NCBI GenBank assembly: GCA_965369335.1
Contig: CBDUQH010000001.1
Span: 1-37,326, forward strand
Source of the DNA: an uncultured bacterium
Lineage (GTDB): Bacteria; Patescibacteriota; Microgenomatia; UBA1400; CAYNFZ01
Length of the DNA stretch: 37,326 bases
Direction of reading: 5' to 3'
The position numbers and the translations under genes are program-made. Positions 16,538 through 23,520 of the stretch are shown here, one piece after another (within the stretch, counting starts at the first letter, position 1; every line of letters begins with the position of its first letter). The notes under the pieces are model-generated. The model searched no databases. It was not told where the DNA came from and saw only the letters and a program-made list of their open reading frames with translations.

Positions 16538-18037
16538 TTAGAGCGCTAGGAGAATACCTGTGGAGATGAAGAGAAAGCCTGTTAATGTTAGTAGTATTAG
16601 CGGTGCGGTGGTGCCGGCTTCGGGAAGGGTCTCGGCTACTGGTGTGGGTGATGGCTGAGGGGTGACTTCTGGTGTGGGTGTGATTTGAGGTGTTGGGCTT
16701 GGAGATGGGCTTGGGTCAGGCCCTCCAACAGGTGGTGTGGCTGATGGAGATGGACTGGGTGTAACTCCTGGGGATGGTGATGGATATGGTGATGCTGAAG
16801 GGCTGGGTGAAGGAGAAGGATCAGGTGAGGCCGAGGGAGAAGGTGAAGGGGAAGATGATGGACTAGGAGAAGGGGATGGAGAGGGGCTTGGGTCTGGTTC
16901 TGGGTCAGGGTTGCCACAACCATGAGGCCAAGCAATGCCTTCGATGTCATCGTAAGGGGTGGTGACGTCTTCTGATTTGACGAAATCACTGCTAGCGGGA
17001 TCGTAGGCAAAAATGGTGTTGCTGCCACCAGAGGTGTGGTAGCCGCCCATAAGCAACCCGTCGGGTCTCATTTCTAGACCTTCGATGCGATTTGGGGCTA
17101 GATTGTGTTTGATGTTGGTGAATTGTTGAGTGTCGGGAACATAGGAGTAGAGGTCTGTGCCGGTTGTTAAGTAGAGGAGGTTGCCGTCGTTGCTCCAAGC
17201 AAGGCCTTGGATAAGCTCGTCTTTGTGTTCAAAAACTAGAGTGGCTTGACCAGTTTGTAGGTTGATTTGGACTAACCCTTCGGTGTTGACCCAACCCCAA
17301 AGGCTGTTGTCTGAATCTCTAAATGAAAGAGCAGGCATGGATTTGTCGAAGCCAATGTTACCGATGAGCTCTAGTGATCCTGTTGATTTGTTGACTTTGA
17401 AGAGTTTGCCTCTTTGGGATGAGTCGTAGCCAACCGAAGCGTAGAGATCGCCAGTGGTGGGGTGGAAATCTAAACCTTCAATGTCGTGGTTTTGGAGAAC
17501 TGGGCCAAGGGCGTTGATGGCGTAGTTGTTTTTGGGATCGATGGTGAAGAATTGAGAGTTGTTGCCGCCGGCGTCATTGACTGCATAGATAAAACAAGCT
17601 TGTTCTGGTTCTGAGGCTTGTTGGCGAATGTCTTGATCTTCTTGTGAGAGGCGAATGGCAGTGAAGGTGCCAAGACCAACAATAGTCGCGCCGATGAGAA
17701 GAATGAGCATGGCGATGATTTTTTTGGTGGGTCTAAACTTCTTTTTAGTGGGTGGGTCGGAAGGAGGTGGAGTGGTGTTGGAATTAGAAGAATCGGGTAT
17801 TGGTGGAGTGTTAGTGTTTTGGGGAGTTGGAATGAGAGATGGTGGGGTATTTGGTGATTGGTCTGGGGTTGGGGTTGGTGAAGTTGGAGTGGGTTGAGGC
17901 ATGGCGCTGGTGGATGGAGTTTGGATGGGCGGAGGATTGAGTGGTTTTTCGGTGTTGGAGGTGGGGACAGTTTGAGGTTCGTTTGGTGGAGTTTGGGGCA
18001 AGTTTGGAGATGGGACGTTGGGATTATTTTGATCCAT
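16538..18037 (-). CDS. Pro-rich, membrane-anchored beta-propeller-like surface protein with LPEAG sorting-like C-terminus
   Basis: From N- to C-terminus:
- About 100-aa P/T/N-rich N-terminus, then a TM segment (IIAMLILLIGATIVGLGTFTAI).
- Repeated IEGL/IQGL/IEGI blade-like motifs.
- A PSPSPS linker.
- LPEAG followed by a hydrophobic tail. Confidence 0.75.
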   Translation of the reverse strand: MDQNNPNVPSPNLPQTPPNEPQTVPTSNTEKPLNPPPIQTPSTSAMPQPTPTSPTPTPDQSPNTPPSLIPTPQNTNTPPIPDSSNSNTTPPPSDPPTKKKFRPTKKIIAMLILLIGATIVGLGTFTAIRLSQEDQDIRQQASEPEQACFIYAVNDAGGNNSQFFTIDPKNNYAINALGPVLQNHDIEGLDFHPTTGDLYASVGYDSSQRGKLFKVNKSTGSLELIGNIGFDKSMPALSFRDSDNSLWGWVNTEGLVQINLQTGQATLVFEHKDELIQGLAWSNDGNLLYLTTGTDLYSYVPDTQQFTNIKHNLAPNRIEGLEMRPDGLLMGGYHTSGGSNTIFAYDPASSDFVKSEDVTTPYDDIEGIAWPHGCGNPDPEPDPSPSPSPSPSPSSSPSPSPSASPDPSPSPSPSASPYPSPSPGVTPSPSPSATPPVGGPDPSPSPSPTPQITPTPEVTPQPSPTPVAETLPEAGTTAPLILLTLTGFLFISTGILLAL

Positions 18038-18943
18038 AGGAATACTTTATCAGTTTGGAATGGAATGTTGAATAAGGAATCTGGTAGGTGTTGAAACAAT
18101 TGCCCCCGATAGCAAACGCTTGTTCAATTCGCTCAAACTACCGGGGGTTTTAAAAATCTGCACAGGCTTCTATTTCTAATAAACATACAAGGTGATGCTG
18201 GTGTTGTACTGCGAGCATGTGCAGACCCGCAAGCGGGCAAAAATAATTCACTAGTTGGAAAATTTTGAGAGAGGAGTCAGTTAATATCTTTGGGCTGAAA
18301 CCAACTCCCGGGGCTATTGATCGGTTACAACCTATGTTTGTTTGACAACTCTCAGGTTATAACAAGCTCCTTGTCCGGATTTTCAAAGTGAGGATAGAGC
18401 AAGCTTGGCATTTACCACCAATCGCTCGTGCGCAGCTTGCTCTTTACGATAGGTAAAAGAACTTGAGTTGATGTTGCGCAAACACTAAATCGCTTATTTC
18501 CCAACACAGCGAATATTAAAGTGCTTGATTGGTAGGTTACGTTAGTGAGAGAAAAACTACAATAAGTAGTTGGTGTGGATTCGAGTCAAACTCGATTTAA
18601 AAGCGGTATGGCAAAGTCTAACTTTGCTTTTGTATTGAGCAACTTTAACAGAGGGAGATTTGTTGATTTGAAGTTGGGAAAAACGAAACTGTGTGGTGTG
18701 GGTCGGGTGTTGCTGAGTCTTTGTTGAAGGAACCGATATTTGACCCACACTACACAGTGGAAGATTGCACAAGTGTCTTCTGCTTTGAAGTAGTGATTTC
18801 AAAGAGAAGGGGAGGCTCTTGTGATCTTTTACAAGAGCCTTTAGAGGAATGTAAAAACTTCATTCAAGTGTGCAGGGTGAGTTGATTATATTTTTGATGT
18901 TTTTGGATGTAAAGGGAGAGATTGGTGTGTTTGGTGTGGGGCA

Positions 18944-18985
18944 TCCCGGGGAGATTGATCCCGGGGAAGTTTTCCCCGGGGAGGA
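18944..18985. repeat. Three tandem copies of a ~15-nt unit containing palindromic CCCGGGG
   Basis: TCCCGGGGAGATTGA / TCCCGGGGAAGTTTT / CCCCGGGGAGGATTT, starting at 18944, 18959 and 18974. Confidence 0.8.
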
Positions 18986-19515
18986 TTTTGGGCATGAAAA
19001 ACCCCACCACGTGTCTGTGTTTGTTAGATGTGTATTTTTGCACTAGGGGTTAAGTTTGGGACACGGGTGGGGAGTATTTATCGCTTGCTTGTCGGCTAGC
19101 CCGGGTTTGGTTGTGTAACCAAAGGGCATCGTGACTAGCTACATTGGCAAGCGGGAATATGGGGGCAAGGTTGTGCTGCGGAAGGTCTGCAAAGACTTGG
19201 GTCTTATTGGCTTCAGATTGCGCTTGAGGGCGCGGGTTTGTACTTATGTTGAACTTTTTGCAAAAGGTGGTCTATCTGGTTAGGTCACCGTGTTTTCGGA
19301 TGGGTTTACTGATGTTTGTAATACTGGTGCAGACCTTCCGCCCGACAAAGTCGGCAAAGTTGGGGAGGAGGGTTCTCGAACCGATAAAAGGTGGTTGAGA
19401 ACCCTCGAAGCGCATTGGAAAAGGATAAATGCGGACCCGCTCACAAGGCCAGTGAAACGGGTCTTCCATATGAAAAAAATGAGTTTCAATTTCTCTTTAT
19501 TCGCATAAAAGCAAA

Positions 19516-19543
19516 CTGGTTCTTCTGACCAGCGCTTTTTTTT
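19516..19543 (+). terminator. Possible intrinsic terminator
   Basis: CTGGT-tcttctg-ACCAG, then CGC and TTTTTTTT. The stem is short, so confidence is moderate only. Confidence 0.4.
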
Positions 19544-19713
19544 ACGACTTTTTGTCGAGAAATTCCGCCATGATCATCACCACCGATTATTTTGCCCATT
19601 GCCACCGTCATTTGAACGACTTGGAGGGCCAGTGCCGTGATAGAGAAAGGGATACATAGGAAACCATCCTTTAATATGGATTTTCGAGAAGTGCAACACT
19701 TGTTTTGATTTAA

Positions 19714-19869
19714 GGATTGCACCTTTGGAAAGATATAAAGTCGGTGGGGGGTGAAATGTGAAGTTTTGCGATCCTGAATATCGACTACTTCGCCAAATAC
19801 TATGTGGTATATGTCTTCGTGTTGGTTTTAGGATGACGAAATTTGTATATCCTTTCAGAGGTGCAATCC
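19714..19869 (+). other. 156-nt element closed by a 24-bp imperfect inverted repeat
   Basis: GGATTGCACCTTTGGAAAGATATA (19714-19737) pairs with TATATCCTTTCAGAGGTGCAATCC (19846-19869). That gives 21 Watson-Crick pairs, 2 G-U pairs valid only on the + strand, and 1 A-C mismatch. Confidence 0.7.
19765..19841 (+). repeat. Structured motif copy 1 (stem ATCCTGAA / TTTAGGAT, flanked by ..TTTTGCG and GACGAAA)
   Basis: Shares CTGAATATCG and TTT-AG-[GA]-ATGACGA with copy 2. The stem shows compensatory changes relative to copy 2. Confidence 0.6.
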
Positions 19870-19906
19870 GTTGCTTGTCAATGTTTGTCTATACACAACT
19901 CAATAC

Positions 19907-19954
19907 TTTTCGATTCTGAATATCGGCATAAATGCCGGTTTCAGAATGACGAGA
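19907..19954 (+). repeat. Structured motif copy 2 (stem ATTCTGAA / TTCAGAAT, inner hairpin CGGCA-taaa-TGCCG)
   Basis: Same flanks as copy 1 (CTTTTCG ... GACGAGA) and an 8-bp perfect stem. Confidence 0.6.
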
Positions 19955-20557
19955 TTGGATTGTGTGTAGATTTGTTAGCGATATTTTAATGAGCGTGTTA
20001 CTAAAGGTGTAACGGAGGGATAAATTGTAAGGTGTGTTTTAAATTAGCTTGTGCGAGAGTTTGGATAGCGTGGTCAAAGAGAGAGGGAGAAAAATCGTCG
20101 GTATGTATTTTTTTTATCTCTTGGCCACTAGAAGTCTCCGCACAAGCTTCTTGCAATAAATTTTTTTGGTCCATTCCAAAGTTGTATTGGAGGGACACTA
20201 AGTAGGGAAAACCCAAAGGCTAACCACGCATGATTAGCCTTGGTCCGATGTACTACTTCACAACATTCAGCGACATGGTTTTACGAGTTGTTGAAGTGTA
20301 CATCGCTTCGAGAAATGATACTGGTAACAGTGTTATATTGTTTCATAATAGTCCTTTCTGACTATATAAACGGATGTATAACACGGACACTGGAATAGCG
20401 ACCTAAATAACCATTCCGGTGTCAGTGTTTTAGCAATATAACTGGGTTTTCCCGATTTAAGGTACGGGTGTAACTATAGTGGGCGAGATAAAGATGAGCA
20501 ATGTATAAGAGGTGTGTAAAAATTAGGCCGATAGAGTTGTTTAATGTGTTTTATAGG

Positions 20558-20586
20558 TTGATACCTTGGGAAATGGGGGTTAAAAT
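20558..20586 (+). promoter_or_regulatory. Sigma70-type promoter, TTGATA-N17-TAAAAT
   Basis: TTGATA at 20558-20563 and TAAAAT at 20581-20586. The spacer ends in GGGGGT, as in the other island promoters. Confidence 0.5.
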
Positions 20587-20681
20587 AGGCGTTTGCTAAG
20601 ATTCACATTTTGCAATTTATGCGGGGTGAACCGAAAGCAATTTTTGCCCTTTTAGCCCTTTACCATAAGGAATGGAGAAGA

Positions 20682-21674
20682 ATGGATTTACAGACTTTGT
20701 ATCTGCAGTATCTGGTGTTGTTGTGTTCAAGAGATAAAAACACGATAACAAAGGCTTTTGGTTATGTTGGTAGTATTTCTCAATTTCAGGTTGAGCTGGT
20801 TGTGGAAAGAGACTCGCGGGAATTCGCTTTATATTTCCGTTTTTTTGATAAAGCTGATAGTGAAGTCAATCAATACAACTTGAGTCTGTCCAAGGCTTCA
20901 CTTTCAGAAGCAGTTTTGATCTGGGGAATAGCTGATCAAATGACCAAACTTGATGTGGTAGTGCTGAGTGAGGTGGTGGCGCGTATTCATCACACTGTGG
21001 TTGAATCTGTTAGTGATGATTTACGACGAGCTTTGCCGGTGGGTTTTCAAGTTGCTCTTGATCGGGTTTTTGATCGCTTTGACAAAGATGTCTTGCTGGA
21101 AAAAGTATTGAATCATAGAGGATTGTTTGATCTTTATGATTTGGATGTCTTTTTTGTAAAGTTTGAACACCTGTGGAATGCAGAAGTTTTTGAACCTCTA
21201 AAGATCACTAATCCTCAAAAGTTTATGGCTTTCATTGATGGCTCATGTTTGCTCTTGAAGGATGCTGGGTTGGAAGAGATATTTCACCGTTTTGCTCAGT
21301 ACAAGCAGATATCATATGTCACTGAACTAAAGATTATGGTGGAATTTATCTGTATGCTTGACGATTTCCGTAGAACACCGCCTGTCTTGGTTTTGTGGTG
21401 GACATTGCAGAAGTTTGGGTTAGTCGAAGTAGGTGATCATATTTTTGATTCAGAGTACTTTGGTCCGGTAACTCAGATTTTAGATGATGTTCTAATTTCT
21501 TCTGAAATTTACGTTGTTGAAACAGATATGCCAACGGTATCACCTAAGGTCTCAAGTACAGCAAGCCGTGTTGAACTGACTGAAGACGAAATTGTGCCAA
21601 AGGTACAATCAGACGATGATACAGCCAAATTGTTATTATATTTGGATACGAATGAGACTGCTGCTGTTGGTTAG
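20682..21674 (+). CDS. Island protein 1, acidic cytoplasmic hypothetical
   Basis: The ORF is open from TTG 20610. ATG 20682 is preferred because AAGGAATGGAGA lies just upstream and the promoter sits at 20558-20586. No signal peptide or TM segment. Confidence 0.6.
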   Translation: MDLQTLYLQYLVLLCSRDKNTITKAFGYVGSISQFQVELVVERDSREFALYFRFFDKADSEVNQYNLSLSKASLSEAVLIWGIADQMTKLDVVVLSEVVARIHHTVVESVSDDLRRALPVGFQVALDRVFDRFDKDVLLEKVLNHRGLFDLYDLDVFFVKFEHLWNAEVFEPLKITNPQKFMAFIDGSCLLLKDAGLEEIFHRFAQYKQISYVTELKIMVEFICMLDDFRRTPPVLVLWWTLQKFGLVEVGDHIFDSEYFGPVTQILDDVLISSEIYVVETDMPTVSPKVSSTASRVELTEDEIVPKVQSDDDTAKLLLYLDTNETAAVG

Positions 21675-21704
21675 ACCTCAAACTCCATATTACATGGGCA
21701 AAAA

Positions 21705-21741
21705 AGCCCCCGAAACTACAAATGTAGCTAGGGGGTTTTTT
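21705..21741 (+). terminator. Intrinsic terminator
   Basis: GCCCCC...GGGGG followed by TTTTTT. Confidence 0.65.
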
Positions 21742-21897
21742 GGTAGTTGCTGATATGAGTATGTTTTGATTGTGACCAATTTATGACAGATATGTCGATG
21801 AAGGGTTATTTTTTTGACTTGAGGGTATAATTGGGGTGTTTTGTCCAAGCTTGGTGAGATTTGGATCGAGTTTGGATGCACTTTGACAACCAACATG

Positions 21898-21933
21898 GCT
21901 TCAACTGAGTGAGTGGGGATACTCAATTGAAGC
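21898..21933 (+). promoter_or_regulatory. Leader hairpin upstream of island gene 2
   Basis: GCTTCAACTGAGT-gagtgggga-TACTCAATTGAAGC with one C-A mismatch and a G-rich loop. It lies 30 nt before the ATG. Confidence 0.5.
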
Positions 21934-21963
21934 TGTGTATATATAGAGTAAAAGGACAAAATA

Positions 21964-23238
21964 ATGTCGAAGCAGAACGTTTTAATGCAATTACCGTTTA
22001 AAGCTTTAAAAAAGTATAACTGGGATGATAAGTATTATTCTGGCAAAGCTTCACTGCGATTGGTGAGTCAATACAATCGGCTTTGGTTGGTGCGAGTAAT
22101 CTCCAACAAAAGAGGTGACTTTGAAGTTGGACGATTGAGTCTAGTCAACGCACATCCTGTGTTTGATTTGTATGGATTTATTCGAGTGATGGGATTGATG
22201 CGGCTAGTGTTGACAGAAGTGTTTACGGCGTCGCCCTTTGTTTGGCAGACGGATGCTGATCAAGAAGATGGTGGTTTGCCGAAAAAAGATCAAAGCTGGT
22301 TGATTGGGCTAGGTGAGTTGGCGTCTATTTTAGAAAACATGATTGCTTCTAGAATTGGTGCCGATCAACGACTTAGCCTTGATGAATTGTATGATCCTGA
22401 AGAGCTGACCACATTTGTTGAGAATTGGATTAATTGGGGGTTCTTGCCTGTTTGGCTGCCCAAAGTTTGGGATCAGCTTGACCCAGATGTTTCGGTTCTT
22501 GGTGAGCTTTACAACAAGCAAATGGTAAACAGATTGATGCTTGAGCAGATAAGTTTTTTTGATCAGATGCCTTTGTGGTTGAACTGGCAAGATTGGGAAG
22601 ATGCAGATTCACCAACTATCTTGCAACAAGAAGGTGAATATCTGAAATGGATGATTTTTACCACGGCTAAACAGTTGAAGATGAGTTTTGCCTATGGTAG
22701 TTCTGAGTGGTATCTGGCGACACTAATGTCTGTTTATACCGAAATGGTGCTGATGCGAACTGTTGATTTAGAGGCTCGTATTTCTGGGAAGTTGTTTAAA
22801 TTTGCTGTTCGGATAGCAGATCATTTTGAGTGTGAGCTGATCGAGCTGCTTGAAATTTTGCGTCCATATTGGCAGCATCAATATGATGTTGATTGGGTCG
22901 TTGAAGAGTGGAGTCTGCCAGACCAGAAGAATTGGGAGGGTACTTTTGGATACTTAAATTACCAGTTTGTTTCAGGCAGGTTTGATGCCAGTGGTGAGAG
23001 TTTGGACGATCTTCCCCCTAAATTGGTTGAAGCTTTGGGTGAATATCCTTGTCAGATTGGGATAGAAGCTTGGCGAATATGGAAATATGTGTTGCGCCAA
23101 TTTGGGGATAGGCTTACCAACGATCAAGCTGAGTACTTGAAGTTATGGGTGATTGTGCTTGGTGGTGCAAGACACGATTGCTTTCTATATGACAATATGT
23201 CACTGGTGATGGATGAGCTTGATGTAGCTCACGCCTAA
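21964..23238 (+). CDS. Island protein 2, acidic Trp-rich cytoplasmic hypothetical (424 aa)
   Basis: Long ORF with AAAAGGA 6 nt upstream of the ATG. No recognised domain. Confidence 0.7.
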   Translation: MSKQNVLMQLPFKALKKYNWDDKYYSGKASLRLVSQYNRLWLVRVISNKRGDFEVGRLSLVNAHPVFDLYGFIRVMGLMRLVLTEVFTASPFVWQTDADQEDGGLPKKDQSWLIGLGELASILENMIASRIGADQRLSLDELYDPEELTTFVENWINWGFLPVWLPKVWDQLDPDVSVLGELYNKQMVNRLMLEQISFFDQMPLWLNWQDWEDADSPTILQQEGEYLKWMIFTTAKQLKMSFAYGSSEWYLATLMSVYTEMVLMRTVDLEARISGKLFKFAVRIADHFECELIELLEILRPYWQHQYDVDWVVEEWSLPDQKNWEGTFGYLNYQFVSGRFDASGESLDDLPPKLVEALGEYPCQIGIEAWRIWKYVLRQFGDRLTNDQAEYLKLWVIVLGGARHDCFLYDNMSLVMDELDVAHA

Positions 23239-23276
23239 TATGGTATGAATTTTGACTCTATATGTGGTTGTTTATT

Positions 23277-23313
23277 GACCCCTTTGGCCTAGAGCTGGAG
23301 GGGTTGTTTTTTT
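23277..23313 (+). terminator. Intrinsic terminator (ACCCCT...AGGGGT + T-run)
   Basis: The same sequence recurs at 26828-26864 and 28120-28156. Confidence 0.7.
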
Positions 23314-23362
23314 AAGGATGGTGCTTGTAAGCAGAATTGGAAGTGTTGTTGAATCTATGATA

Positions 23363-23391
23363 TTGAGTGTGGGGTCTTTATGGGTTAGAAT
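23363..23391 (+). promoter_or_regulatory. Sigma70-type promoter, TTGAGT-N17-TAGAAT
   Basis: TTGAGT at 23363-23368 and TAGAAT at 23386-23391. Confidence 0.5.
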
Positions 23392-23452
23392 TTGGTGCTT
23401 TGGCGTTGCCTGTTGGCGGCAGTTAAAGCGCACTTTGACATCTGGTAGTTTA

Positions 23453-23493
23453 GGTTTCACATAGCGAGCTGGGGGAGTTGGCTATGTGAAATC
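23453..23493 (+). promoter_or_regulatory. Leader hairpin (13-bp stem, 15-nt G-rich loop)
   Basis: GGTTTCACATAGC-gagctgggggagttg-GCTATGTGAAATC, including one G-U pair valid on the + strand. It is followed by CTAAGTTTAGA and RBS AAGGA. Confidence 0.65.
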
Positions 23494-23520
23494 TAAGTTT
23501 AGAGATAAGGATAATGAAAG

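Larger units (their letters stand above)
18880..19545 (+). ncRNA. Candidate structured ncRNA, unclassified (boundaries approximate)
   Basis: No credible ORF. There is a chain of helices:
- 19002-19015 / 19060-19072
- 19082-19088 / 19147-19153, with nested 19106-19112 / 19117-19123
- a GCAA-tetraloop hairpin at 19183-19198
- 19368-19377 / 19397-19406
- 19434-19439 / 19458-19463

The region ends in a hairpin plus T8 at 19516-19543. Confidence 0.3.
23277..23512 (+). repeat. Intergenic cassette copy A (terminator + promoter + leader)
   Basis: Matches 26828-27053. The terminator is nearly identical, the middle is diverged, and the last 137 nt (23376-23512) differ at a single position (23468). Confidence 0.9.

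Noticed and set aside
16636-18099. Listed ORFs overlapping the surface-protein gene (16636-17028, 16737-16925, 16992-17198, 17470-18099, 17655-17897, 17894-18094).
   Set aside because: These are alternative-frame or antisense readings of the PSPS/PT low-complexity coding sequence. They have no RBS and their composition is an artefact of the repeat.
18100-18150. Hairpin CCCCCGATAG...CTACCGGGGG + TTTT as a + strand terminator.
   Set aside because: Nothing is transcribed towards it from the left on the + strand, since the adjacent gene is on the minus strand and starts at 18037. It is more likely part of that gene's upstream region or of the structured region.
19359-19410. A tRNA/tmRNA-like string GGAGGAGGGTTCTCGAACC that resembles a minus-strand T-arm and acceptor end.
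   Set aside because: The sequence resolves into a plain 10-bp hairpin (GAGGGTTCTC / GAGAACCCTC) with a 19-nt loop. There is no 5-bp T-stem around a TTCGAAT-type loop, no acceptor, D or anticodon arm, and no CCA context.
19730-19760. RNase P RNA-like words AAAGTCGG and GGGGTGAAA.
   Set aside because: They only loosely resemble CR-I (GAGGAAAGUCCGGGC) and the J11/12 region. The obligatory 3' partner (ACAGAACCCGGCUUA-like) and the P4 pairing are absent.
19714-19869. The 24-bp inverted repeats interpreted as the terminal inverted repeats of a MITE.
   Set aside because: Not fully excluded. However, I see no target-site duplication at the flanks (..ATTTAA| versus |GTTGCT..), no second copy in the window, and the mismatches are G-U compatible on one strand, which fits an RNA helix better.
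19765-19954. Hammerhead ribozyme or C/D-box k-turn, suggested by CUGA...GAUGAC...GAAA.
   Set aside because: The core reads CUGAAUA, not CUGANGA, and the helix arrangement does not give three stems around a GAAA/CUGANGA junction. C box RUGAUGA is not matched. It is kept only as an unclassified repeated motif.
18557-20216. Short ORFs in the ORF-poor region (18557-18802, 18691-18885, 19272-19469, 19280-19489, 19290-19508, 19486-19722, 20001-20216).
   Set aside because: They overlap each other on both strands, lack Shine-Dalgarno sequences, cut through long helices, and have odd composition. The internal MDQKN... part of 20001-20216 looks the most protein-like but still has no RBS. It is not called.
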